A DNA stretch of 64,000 bases from NCBI RefSeq assembly GCF_963921235.1, contig NC_086097.1, forward strand, positions 138,076,001 to 138,140,000, in the 5' to 3' direction. Positions within the stretch are counted from its first letter, which is position 1, and every line of letters begins with the position of its first letter. The stretch comes from Mobula hypostoma (lineage: Eukaryota). Positions 11,889-22,230 of the stretch are shown here, piece after piece. Under the pieces are notes generated by a model that searched no databases, was not told the origin of the DNA, and saw only the letters and a list, made by a program, of their open reading frames with translations. The translations under genes were made by a program, and so were the position numbers.

Positions 11889-13335
11889 ACACAGAGATTC
11901 CGCAGATGCTGGAAATCCCAAGCAACACACACAAAACACTGCAGTATGTCAGCAGTCAGGCAGAATCTATGGAAATGAATAAACAGTTGACATTTTGGGC
12001 TGAGACCCTCCCTCAGGACTGGAAAAGAAGAGGGAAGATGCCAGAATAAAAAAAGTAGAGGGGAATGAGGGCAAGCTAGAAGGTGATAGATTAAACCAGG
12101 TGGGTGGGAAAGGTAAAGGAGCAGAGAAGAAGAAATTGTATAAGAAAGGAGAGTGGACCTTGTTGACTTCAGAAGGAGTAGCGGACCACATGACCCAATT
12201 TACATCGGTGGTGCACAAGTGGAACAGGTCAAAAGCTTTAAGTTCCTCGGGGTCAATATCACAAATGACCTGACTTGGACCAACCAAGGAGAGTCCACTG
12301 CCAAGAAGGCCCACCAGCGCCTTTACTTCCTGAGAAAGCTAAAGAAATTTGGCCTGTCCCCTAAAACCCTCACTAATTTTTATAGATGCACCATAGAAAG
12401 CATTCTTCTATGGTGCATCACAACCTGGTATGGAAGTTGTCCTGTCCAAGACCGAAAGAAGCTGCAGAAGATCATGAACATGGCGCAGCACATCACACAA
12501 ACCAATCTTCTGTCCGTGGACTCACTTTACACCACACGCTGTCGGAGCAGTGTTGCCAGGATAATCAAGGACACGACCCACCCAGTCAATAGATTTTTCG
12601 TCCCTCTTCCCTCCGGGAGAAGGGTCAGGAGCTTGAAGACTCGTACAGCCAGATTTGGGAATAGCTTCTTTCCAACTGTGATAAGACGGATCCTGACTCA
12701 GATCTGGGCCGTACCCTCCAAATATCCGGACCTGCCTCTCGGTTTTTTTGCACTACCTTACTTCCCATTTTTCTATTTTCTATTTATGATTTATGATTTG
12801 AATTTTTAATATTTACTAATTTTAACTATTTTTAATATCTTTAATATTTAATATTTGTAAACCACAGAGTGTGAAGCGCAGAATCAAATATCGCTGTGAT
12901 GATTGTACCTTCTAGTACCAATTGTTCAGCGACAATGAAGTATAAAGTGGACCATGGAAGAAAGGAAAGGAGGAGGTGCAGCAGGGGGAGGAGATAGACA
13001 GGTGAGGAGAGGAAGCAAAAGGTCAGAGTTCAGAAAAGAAGAAGAGGGAAGGAGTGGGAAAAAAATTACCAGAAGGAGAAATTGATGTTCATGCCCTCAG
13101 GTTGGAGGCAGACAGAATGTGAGGTGTTGCTCCTCCAACCTGAGAGTGGATTCATCATGGCAGAAGAGGAAGCCATAGACTGACATGTCAGAACAGGAAT
13201 GGGGATAGGAATTAAAATAGTTGGCCACCAGGAAATTCCGCTTTTGGTGGATGGAGTGGAGGTGCTCGTCAAAACAGTCCCCCAATATACATCAGATCTT
13301 ACCAATGCAGAGGAGGCAAATCTGAAACATCCTGC
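11889..13335 (-). mobile_element. Penelope-like element 3' portion: GIY-YIG endonuclease remnant, 3' UTR and decayed hammerhead
   Basis: Minus translation GDCFDEHLHSIHQKRNFLVANYFNS..HS.SDMSVYG...ESTLRLEEQHLTF...LQPEGMNINFS fits the PLE GIY-YIG C-terminus. Decayed hammerhead at 11984-12021. Flanked by TATCTTCT at 11881-11888 and 13336-13343. Confidence 0.85.
12160..12945 (+). mobile_element. Young 5'-truncated Rex1-like LINE inserted in the PLE
   Basis: Uninterrupted frame VDFRR...VEQVKSFKFLGVNIT.DLTW...KKAHQRLYFLRKLKKF...FYRCTIESIL...LPSGRR...RFGNSFFP; perfect 8-bp TSD AGTGGACC at 12152-12159 and 12946-12953. Confidence 0.9.
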
Positions 13336-14029
13336 TATCTTCTCGCAGCTAGCTTCAAGAGGAAGTACAGGACCCTGAAGTCCCACACCACCAGGTTCAA
13401 GAACAGCTACTTTTCTACAGTCATTCAGTTCTTGAAGCAACCTGCACAACTCTGATCACGAACTCAATATTACGACACTATGACACTTTGATCACTTTGC
13501 TCTACAATAGAGTTTGTTTATTTTGTTTTAGTGGCGCTCTTTCATATAAAGTTTAAGGTTTCTTGCAAATATTGCGTCTCTGACGCTCTGTACCTGTGAT
13601 GCTGCTGCAGGTGAGTTTTCCATTGCCCATATTACATATGACAATAAACTCAACTTTGACTTTTAAGTTGAAAAACCAGGAAGATAGTGGAGTCGGTGCA
13701 AGTGGGTTGTATAATGTGTTTGGATCTGGAAACGATTAGCTGGATGAGCACGTGTTCCAGACATCACTGCAGTGGTATCCTGAACTGCCTCTACTACACA
13801 GCGTTCATGACACCTCCCCTTCCCTTGACAGCTCATCAGCACCCTAGGTAGTAGAACTTCTACTGAGTCACAGGCTTGTTTCGATCAAAAGTGGCACAGT
13901 TTAAAGTCAAATAGTTTCGCTGCAGTCAGAGTAAATTTTCCTCTGGCTTGAGACTGGAAGCTCACTCAGGAGGGAGTCTGAAATGGAATTAAAACCCAGT
14001 GCAGGGTTTGTGTTGTCTGTAACCTAATG

Positions 14030-14310
14030 TGGCAGACATAATCGTTGGAGGAACTCAGTGGGTCAGGCAGCATCTATGAGGAGAAATGTTCATAGTGTCT
14101 CTTCTACTCTGCAACCATCTGCACTTTGATCTATCTATATCACCTGTCAGCTCTTGCTCCACCTCTTCCCTCTAACTTTTTATCATGATTTTCTCTGTTC
14201 CTTCACCCAGGCTAAATAAAGGGTCTTGACCTAAAATGTCAACTGTCCATTTCCTTCCATAGACGCTGCCTGACTCACTGAGCTCCCCCAGCTCTTTGTG
14301 TGTTGTTCCA
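14030..14310 (+). mobile_element. PLE terminus with upstream inverted tail copy and decayed hammerhead
   Basis: Antisense GGAGGAACTCAGTGGGTCAGGCAGCATCTATG (~14047-14078), then a sense pyrimidine-rich UTR, CTAAATA-AAGGG-TCTTGA-CCT-AAAA-TG-TC-AACTG (14208-14246) and TTCCATAGACGCTGCCTGAC. Confidence 0.7.
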
Positions 14311-14929
14311 GTGTCTGTGTTAGTTCCTGGGTCAGCATGTATAGATCCTTTCTCCAGAAGTAATGACTTTGTCATTTTCCAAATGGACAGGAAGGTCCAA
14401 AAAAGGTAACAAGCATTGACAAGTGCAGAGGCAAGAAATCACCCGGGAGACCCTTGAGACTGAACTGTAGGCATTTGCAAATAGCAGAGCATTTCAGCTT
14501 CCCGGGGTATCAAGAATGGGTCATCTGTAGCTACAGAGAAGACAAAGGCTAAAGAAAAGTTGAGTATGTTGTCATACGCACAAGTGCAATGAAAAACTTA
14601 TTTGTAGCCGCATTGTATAAACAGCATTCAAGAGAAAAACATAAATTATTCACAAGTTGTTATAACATGTGGTGAAATTCAAGGAGAGTGTTTGATGGGG
14701 GAGGGGGGATCAAGCTCATCATCAGTGAAGGTTGTCCATCATAGCCGGGGAAAAGGAACACACTGTGCAGGGAAAATGAAACTTCACCCACAATACAGAA
14801 CACAGAAACCATCACTGTCTCTAAGCCCTGGTTCTGCACACAGTTCCTTCTCACTGCTGTCTCTTTAAAGCTCCTAAGAATTCCAGTCCATAGCGGTTGA
14901 GAAGAAATTAATCGGAAAAGAAAACAGAA

Positions 14930-15230
14930 TCCTCTTTAGAAGTCTTTACCACCTCAGGATAGCACAAACAACTTCAGAGATGTCAATTTACTTCTGCCGT
15001 GTAGCAGCTCGTTTGCACGCAGCAAGCTCCCACTGTATCGATGCGCGAATGACCAAACGGTTTTCCTTAGTTATATTGCTGAGGAAGAAGTATGGAGTAG
15101 GGCACCAGGGAGAACTTCCCTGATCTCCTTCGAAATCATGCCCCGGGAATCTATACAGCCAGCGGAGGAAGGAAATGGAGACTCAGGTTAATGGCTCTTC
15201 CAAAAGATAGAAGCTTCAACAGTGAAGCTT
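14930..15230 (-). mobile_element. Deu-domain SINE (SacSINE1/AmnSINE1-like), old copy
   Basis: + strand TTTGCACGCAGCAAGCTCCCAC...AATGACCA...GGCACCAGGGAGAACTTCCCTGATCTCCTTCGAAATCATGCC...CTCAGGTTAATG..TCTTCCAAAAGA matches the recalled reverse complement of the Deu domain. Confidence 0.7.
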
Positions 15231-15509
15231 TGAATTTCCTCCGACCAGGACCACCCTGAGGATGCCCCATTGAGTCGTCAACACGTTGCTGGGGAAACTG
15301 GTACACCCCAGTGATAGGTACCTCAGTCACTCTCCATAACCAAATGCCATGCTGGCTCAGAATACAGGCTACTGCATCGTGCTGCTTAGTAAAGGAGCTG
15401 GAGAGACGATGGTCATCAGAAGGCACGGAGCAGCTTTGTAATTCTCCTTCCTGAAGCCCTGCCAAAGGGACTCTAGACGTCTGAACTCCCTGTATTCCCC
15501 ACATACTTG

Positions 15510-16175
15510 TTTGAACATAAAACATGAGGAATGGGAACAGGAGCAGGCTATCTGGCCTATTGAACCTGCCCTGCCATTCGACATGATCATGGCTGATCTG
15601 ACCATGGACTCAGCTCCTCCTGAGTCCAAACCCCTAATCCCCTGCTGTGCAAATATCTATCTAACACTGTCTTAAATATATTTAATGAGGTACCAGAGGC
15701 AGAGAATTCCACAGATTCACCACTCTCTGGAAAAAGCAGTCTCACTTCATCTCTGTCCTAAATCTATTCCCCTGAAAACTATTCATTTATTGGATACAGC
15801 ATGGAATAAGCCCTTTGAACATTGCTGCCCAGCAATACCCCAATTTTTAGTCCTAGTCTAATCACAGGACAGTTTACAATGACCAACCGGTATGTCTTTG
15901 GAATGTGGGAGGAAACCGGAGCACCCGGAGGAAACCCACAAAGGTCACAGGAAGAACGTAGAAATGTTTTATAGGCAGCAGCAGGAACTGAACCCGGGTC
16001 ACCTGTATTGTAAAGCATTGTGCTAACCACTTCGCACCTGTGCAACCCTAAGGCTATGGGTTATGTCCCTTAGTTCTAGTCTCACTTACCAGTAGAAACT
16101 ACTTTCCTGCCTCTATCATATCTATCACTTCCATAATTTTAGATTTTTCTATAAGATCTCCTCTCATTATTCTGG
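15510..16175 (-). mobile_element. CR1 LINE 3' end, interrupted by a SINE
   Basis: GAACAGGAGCAGGC...ATGATCATGGCTGATCTG...GCAGAGAATTCCACAGATTCACCACTCTCTGG is homologous to the CR1 3' end at 10085-10350; it resumes after 16045. Confidence 0.75.
15778..16043 (-). mobile_element. tRNA-derived V-SINE (HE1-like)
   Basis: Minus strand has a tRNA-like head (GAAGTGGTTAGCACA...CCCGGGTTCAGTTCC) followed by the V-domain-type GTGGGTTTCCTCCGGGTGCTCCGGTTTCCTCCCACATTCCAAAGAC. Confidence 0.8.
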
Positions 16176-17284
16176 GTGTTTGTTACTGCAAAGACAATTT
16201 CAGGTACTTCAGGAGTTAACCAGAATCCCAGAATTCACTTTCACCATTCCTGAACTCAGGAATTCCCAAAACACAGCACAGCCAATAACAGAGTTTTGAA
16301 GTGTGGTCACTGACAGACTTCACATCACAGCGGTTGAGTGTACATTACATATTGCTAAATACTTTAAAATAAATATACATCTCAGTCTGGTGTACTGACA
16401 CGAACCAGTGCTTTATATAAATATTCCACAACCTGCTGTCAATGGCCTAATTGGCACCGGAACAAATCAGCTCTCCCTGTGGACTGAGTCTCCTCACTCT
16501 TCTGGACTGCACTCCATCTTGTGCAGAGGGAGATAATGTCTGTATGTTCACTATTTCTGTAAACTCCTCCAGCCCCACCAGGTTCTCTACCCTCTGCCTC
16601 ATGGGCCTTCTTGAGTTCTATTGAAAGATGCCCTGGTAGTAACCTCTTAGATTCCCATCCTCCTCCTCATCTCCCACCCCCGACAGATTGTCGTCACTGC
16701 CAGTTGTGTTGGGAAGATCCTATCTGATGGACACATACTGGCTTCAGAGTAACCCAGCTAAGTGATTTATTTCCATGTGCCTCCTGCCCTTGTCCAGAAG
16801 TAACTGACACTTGGAAAGCTTGGTATGGCTGAATTATGAAATCAGAGAAGCCTACAATTAAGATTGGACAAGGTGTTGGAGGCTCTCAAAGATAATTCTA
16901 TGACTCTATGTCTCCATATTAAATTTCATTGCCACTCATACCAAGCTAGAATGAAAAATGTGTCTTGCATACATCACAAACTGTTAAAACCAGGGGATTC
17001 AGAACTTTACCTCATGTTTTGTGACCAACCAATCCATTCATGATTCATACTTTCACTCCCTAGCCATCTTGTGTGCACCTCGGCTCAATTTATAAAGATC
17101 ATCAAAGCCCCTACCCTTTGTCACCACCAGTCTTTGTGCAGGGTGCAGCCAAAAAGCAGAAATGGCAAGGTCTATATTAACATTCATTTGCACATTTTAG
17201 TTTTGAAATTTGCCACAAACGTGTTCCAGAGGGGTATTGGGGTTATAAGCCTTGCTTCTATTTTTGTTGATTTGTAGTAAGAAC

Positions 17285-17790
17285 TACAATAATAAGTGTA
17301 ATAAGTGAGATAGGGAGTTGCCTATCCCAGCATGTGAAGTCAGACTCCAGCGGATTGAGCAGACGAGACCAATGGAAGTTCCAACGGTGAGGAAGGCGAT
17401 CTCTGCAAGCGTCGTGGAACGTGTAGAGCAGGACAAGACACAGAAGACGTCCTGGTCATCCACTGTGCCTAGTCCCATCTCCAGCCATCTCGACTCTTGT
17501 CTTGCTGCTGGATCCAGATGGGAATTGGGAAGAGAGAGTGAGGCTGACACCGTGCAACTCTCCCTCACTTAAATCCAAATCACGCGCTAGTCTCGACACC
17601 ATCATCGCCGGCTGGTGGCGCAGTGACACCAGCACCTGGACTCCGGGAGCAAAGGTTCCCGAGTTCGAATCTAGTCGAGCCGCTGCCGGGCACGCTTTCC
17701 ACCCGTGCCGGGTTGAGTGTCGAGCTAGCAACTTGACCTCGTAAAGAGTACTACTGGTGTCGAGGTCTTCATCGATGATGATGGACGAAC
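17285..17790 (+). mobile_element. RTE-related non-autonomous element with 14-bp TSD
   Basis: TSD TTTGTAGTAAGAAC (17271-17284) / TTTATAGTAAGAAC (17791-17804). 3' end ...TCCCTCACTTAAATCCAA...GGTCTTCATCGATGATGATGGACGAAC resembles RTE-type 3' ends (recalled). Confidence 0.65.
17607..17745 (+). mobile_element. tRNA-derived SINE head inside the RTE-related element
   Basis: Pol III A box TGGCGCAGTGA (17616-17626), B box GAGTTCGAATC (17661-17671), then GGGTTG...GCTAGCAAC...CTCGTAAA. Confidence 0.7.
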
Positions 17791-17854
17791 TTTATAGTAA
17801 GAACATATGGACACAAGGAGACCTTTCAGCCTTTTGGACCAATGTCATCCTTTA

Positions 17855-18322
17855 ACATAGAATATAGAACAGTACAGCACAGGAATGGGACCTGCAGACC
17901 ATTATGTCTGTGCCAAATATGATGCCAAGTGAACTGAATTTCTTCTACCTGCACATGATCCATATCACTCCATTTCCACATAGTCATATGACTGTCTTAA
18001 AGCCTCTAAAGTGCCACTGTCGTATCAGTTTCCACTGTCACCCCGGGTTGCCTGCTCCAGACACCTCTGTGCAAACAAACTTGCCCCACACATCTCTCTT
18101 AAATTTTCCTTCTTTCACCTCTACCCTGGGAAAAAGATTCTGACTGACTACCTTACCTACACCTCTCATAGTTTTACAAACTTCTATCAGATCTCCTTTT
18201 AGCCTCTGATGCTCCAGGGGAGTCAATGCAAGTTTTTTTAACCACTTCTTATAGTTCATACCCTCTAATCTAGGCAGCATCCTGGTAAAACTTTCCTGCA
18301 CCCTCTCCAAAGCCTCCACACT
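17855..18322 (-). mobile_element. CR1 LINE 3' end
   Basis: Minus ORF EALERVQESFTRMLPRLEGMNY...RLKGDLIEVCKTMRG; tail CTGTGCTGTACTGTTCTATATTCTATG, like the one at 1670-1701. Confidence 0.85.
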
Positions 18323-18631
18323 AGACTAATTGCCTGGTTCACAACCCTGCCGCACATTCCACACCTTGACCGTTGAGATTCACCTTTGCATTTTAAATTG
18401 GTTTTAATCTCCTCAGCCTATGGGAAGAGAGTTCTGGATCTCAAGATCTCTACATATTAGGTAATTCCACTCTCACCCTGAACACTAACTGTGCGTTTAA
18501 GATTCTGCTTCGTGTTGCTGACAGCCTTCACCAGAGATGAAAGTTTCTCCTCATGCCCCTGACTGAAGTTTTCATCAACTGAAACTCCTCAAGAACATGC
18601 TTCACCCTCCCTAACGCAAGCCCTTCACTCA

Positions 18632-18817
18632 CCTAAGAGAAAATCTGCAGGTGCTGGAAATCCTAACAACACACTCAAAATGTTGGTGGAACTCAGCAGG
18701 CCAGGCAGTATCCATGGAAAAAAGTACAGTTGACATTTCGGGCCAAAACATTGACTGTACTTTATTCCATAGATGCTGCCTGGCCTGCTGAGTTCCTCCA
18801 GCAGTTTGTGTGAGTTG
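18632..18817. mobile_element. Palindromic (fold-back) PLE terminus insertion
   Basis: ~75-bp inverted arms 18667-18742 / 18743-18817 centred on GGCC; TSD GCCCTTCACTCA (18620-18631) / GCCCTTCATTCA (18817-18828). Confidence 0.8.
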
Positions 18818-19159
18818 CCCTTCATTCATCTGGCTGTTCCTTGTGTTGCAAATAGAAAAATATTCCAAATGGACCCAAACTGAGAAAAACATTGTGAAAA
18901 TTCTTCTGTGATGACCAATTGTCTTTTCTTTCTGGAGCGTACTTGAATTGAAGCGTAAAACTAAATCTATTTATGTCACTTAGCAAGCCATTCCTTCTGG
19001 TTGGTGTGAAGGGACAAAAGTCATGTGTTCCCCTTCACCAAATACAACAGGGAAAAGTAAAGTCTATGCTCCATTTTAAAAGTACCGTCCAGTACAGATC
19101 CAACTCTACCCATCCAGTTCTCCACAGCCAAAGCTAAACTAACTTATTTTTTCTATTTC

Positions 19160-19285
19160 CCAGCATTGATAGGGGTCCTTGAATCTAAACACTAACTCTG
19201 GTTTTCTGTCTCCACAGATGCTGCCTGACCTGCTGAGTGTCTTATGTATTCCAACATCTCGAATTTCCAGTACCGCTAGCTTTTT
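19160..19285 (+). mobile_element. Old PLE terminus remnant
   Basis: TTGATAGGGGTCCTTGAATCTAAAC...CTCCACAGATGCTGCCTGACCTGCTGAGT. Confidence 0.55.
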
Positions 19286-20974
19286 GATTCTCAACAAGAG
19301 GTGACTTTACTTTCTTCCCTTCCTTGTGCATCACTGGGACCAAATTCACCAGTCCCGAGGTCTGCAGTAAGAATCTAGACTCAGAGGTTCAGAGAAAAGA
19401 ACGCCGCTGTGACAAGAATGCTTTTGCCTTTGTTCAAGGACAGTGCGTGTCATTAGCACAGCTAGCATTTATTGCCCATCCCAAATCGATCCTGAAACGA
19501 GAGGCTTGCTGGGCCATTTCAGAGAGCAGAGTCAGACATACCACTGCATCTGGAGTCACACAGTCATTACACGGTCCCGGGAGGAAAGAGTTACCAACTG
19601 GAGCTTTTACTTCAGATTTACTGAAATACTTGCATTCCCCTAATGAGAGTGGAACTCACCAGATCAATGAAGTGGTCTAATCCCAGAATTCAACCCCCCA
19701 TTTTACAGTAATCCTGTTTGCCTAAATTTGCTTCTGGTATTATGGGTCACACTGTATATTCATCAGATTTACCAGGGTTAGACCATGAGGGTGATGAGCT
19801 GGTAGAATGGCCCCCAGAATCTCACATTATGGGTGCTATTGAACATTATTGGGAGTCATCGCTGGCTCTCGCCCTTGCCCAGGCCCTTGACAGTGGAGCA
19901 TCCCAACGTGCTTCACAGGAAAGAAAACACCCAAAACCAGAGAATAGGGTAAGGTGGGGGTGGTGGGGAGGTAACTACCAATGAAGAGCTGGGCTTTAAA
20001 CAGGTGGTAAGTTCAGGAAGGATGGTCAGAAATTAGGAGGGGGCCAGGAGGCGGTGGGGCAGTCATCGAAGGCGAAGCGAAGAAGGAATCCATTCCATGT
20101 GGAACCTCCTCAGCTTAATTATGCTTAGGCTGACCTTACCATCTAATTGTCCTCTAGTTCAGATCAAATAGCTCAGTATAGACAGAGACAGTGATGAGAT
20201 CTCTCCAGTCTGGAGAGCATAGTCAGAGACAGCTGGACACCAAGGCAGTACAGGGGGAGCTGGAGACCTTGTGAGAGACAGGAATCAGAGAAACTTGCAT
20301 CCGAAGGGGGACTGAACGGCCTTCTGTTCGATGGTAGTACATTCTGACAGAATGTATTTCCAACAAACAGATTCAGCTAGTTGGTAGTCAGTCAACCAGC
20401 ACATTCAGTAAACATTTCTGAAACTCTGACCTTAATCAGTCACACAAGATGTGCCAGGTATTTTGCAAATTAGCGTAGATTTCACTTCCTTTGATCATGG
20501 ATGTACAATTTATGTAACTGCTACAAAATAAAGTCTTTATTAATCAACCATACATCATCTGCTCTGAACTTCAGCCTTGTAATCAAAGGCCCACACACTA
20601 CACTATCATACACATCATCAGCTGTAACAAGACACGAGATTTAGTTCAACAAAACGGAACTAAAAATATAAAGCAAACTTGATGAATGAGCGAAAGCCCA
20701 AATATAACCATGTGCTTGGCTGAAATGCATTGGACAAGAATGTAGACATATACTTTCCCCAGGGTTTTCTACACTCCCTAAAAACGCAAGCTTCATACTG
20801 CAGCAATGGGCACAACTGTAAAATAACCACCTCGAGAAGATTACACAGGATTAACAGTACAGAAAAAGGCCATTCGTCCATTAATTTCATACTAGCATTT
20901 ATGTTTGACTTAAGCCTCTTCCTTCCTTTTCTCATCTACTGTAAATCTATCAGCACAGCCCTCTGTTCTCTTCC

Positions 20975-21515
20975 TCCTGTACCTAGTAAACTGGCCACTG
21001 AGTGTATGTCTGTGGTCTTCTGCTGCTGTAGCCCATCCACTTCAAGGTTCGTTGTGTTGTGCATTCAGACATGCGATTTCTCCATGCCACTGTAGCAATG
21101 CATGGTTAATTGAGATATTGTTGCCTTCCAGTCAACTTGAACTAGTCTGGCCATTCTCCTCTGAGCTCTCTCATTAACAAGGCATTTTCACCCAAATCTG
21201 CCGTTCATTGAATGTTTTTTGCTTTTTGCACCATTCTCTGTAAACTCTAGAGACTGATGTGCATGAAAATCCCAGGAGATCAGCAGTTTCTGAGATACTC
21301 AAACCATCCCATCTGGCACCAACAATCATTCCACAGTCAAAGTTATTTAGATCAGATTTCTCCCCTAGTCCGATGTTTGGTCTGAACAACAAGTGAACAC
21401 CTTAACCATATCTGCATCTTTTTATACATCGAGTTGCTGCCACATGATAGACTGATTAGATATTTGCATTCTCAAGCAGGTATACCTTTACCTAATAAAA
21501 TGGCCACTGAGTCTA
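20975..21515 (-). mobile_element. Tc1/mariner non-autonomous remnant (transposase N-terminal HTH)
   Basis: Minus ORF 21174-21392 GEKSDLNNFDCGMIVGARWDGLSISETADLLGFSCTSVSRVYREW is a Tc1 paired-like HTH. Terminal motif ACCTAATAAA.TGGCCACTGAGT.TA at 21490-21515 and a similar copy at ~20981-21006. Confidence 0.85.
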
Positions 21516-21519
21516 TACC

Positions 21520-21656
21520 ACAAACAAGAGAAAATCTGCAGATACTGGAAATCCGAGTAATATGCACAGAATGCTGGAGGAATGCAGCAGGCCAGGCAGC
21601 ATCTATGGAAAAAAGTACACTCGACGTTTTGGGCCGAGACCCTTCGGCAGCACTGG
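21520..21656 (-). mobile_element. Short PLE terminus (decayed hammerhead plus tail) with 14-bp TSD
   Basis: Minus: CAGTG-CTGCCGA-AGGG-TCTCGG-CCC-AAAA-CG-TC-GAGTG then TTCCATAGATGCTGCCTGGCCTGCTG. TSD ACTGAGTCTATACC (21506-21519) / ACTGAGTGTATACC (21657-21670). Confidence 0.8.
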
Positions 21657-21901
21657 ACTGAGTGTATACCCTCACAACACACTTCAAGCACTCTCAGTAG
21701 GATTGAGTCCGTTTGTTGTGAATTCCCTACTGGATTCCCTGGTGATCAATAGTCATTTGTTGCATTATGATAGAAAGGCAAAGGAAAGCCAGTATTTGTG
21801 ATGCCTCTGATGAATCCTATAAAACAGATTTCCAATACCTCCAGTGACCTTGGGCAAAAGATAATGACCAGCTTCATTCTGATCCAGTGAAGGACGAGAC
21901 A

Positions 21902-22027
21902 AGGCCGGCGCTCGGCAAGCTGACTGACACTCACCTCAATCGAGACACAGCAACCCTGTACCCAGGCCGGCGCTCAGCAAGCTGACTGACACTCATCTCA
22001 GACAAGACACAGCAACCCTGTCCCCAA
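21902..22027. repeat. Two-copy 62-bp tandem duplication
   Basis: AGGCCGGCGCTC(G/A)GCAAGCTGACTGACACTCA...AGACACAGCAACCCTGT starts at 21902 and at 21964. Confidence 0.9.
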
Positions 22028-22104
22028 GTCTGGCTCCTGAGAAATGAGGAATCTTCACTCCCTAGGATTCAGCATCTCCAGAACAAAGTGCAGGTACAAA
22101 ACTA

Positions 22105-22230
22105 CACCCATGACAGCCCTCTTCAGTCACGGAGCTGAGGGTCCTAGCCCACTACAGAACATTCAGGACATATTTGGAGTTGCCATTCTCAGAATACTAC
22201 CAGGGAGTGTCACACTGTGAGGGGGACACT
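22105..22230 (+). mobile_element. Decayed Deu-SINE head fused to the first satellite monomer
   Basis: GAGGGTCCTAGCCCACTACAGAACATTCAGGACATATTTGGAGTTGCCATTCTCAGAATACTACCAGGGAGTGTCACACTGT is colinear with the recalled SINE consensus GTGGGTTCAAGTCCCACTCCAGAGACTTGAGCACA..ATCTAGGCTGACACTCCAGTGCAGTACTGAGGGAGTGCTGCACTGT. Confidence 0.6.

Larger units (their letters stand above)
11620..13665 (+). mobile_element. Old Rex1-like LINE 3' part (outer host of a nested cluster; segments 11620-11888 and 13336-13665)
   Basis: VAWYGN...ERAVDS.RYIMGTSL...CLKKATS.MKD before the break; AGGAAGTACAGGACCCTGAAGTCCCACACCACCAGGTTCAAGAACAGCTAC after it; tail GACAATAAACTCAACTTTGAC. Confidence 0.75.

Noticed and set aside
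17607..17690. Genuine tRNA gene
   Set aside because: A and B boxes are present, but there is no clean cloverleaf or oligo-T terminator and it is embedded in a retroelement; better explained as a SINE head. The same applies to ~15970-16043.
17688..17745. HDV-like ribozyme in the SINE body
   Set aside because: GGCACG/CGTGCC are only 9 nt apart, a simple hairpin with no room for the nested double pseudoknot.
21805..21830. CTGATGA followed by AAAAC as another hammerhead
   Set aside because: No helix II pairing, no GAAA and no helix I complement.
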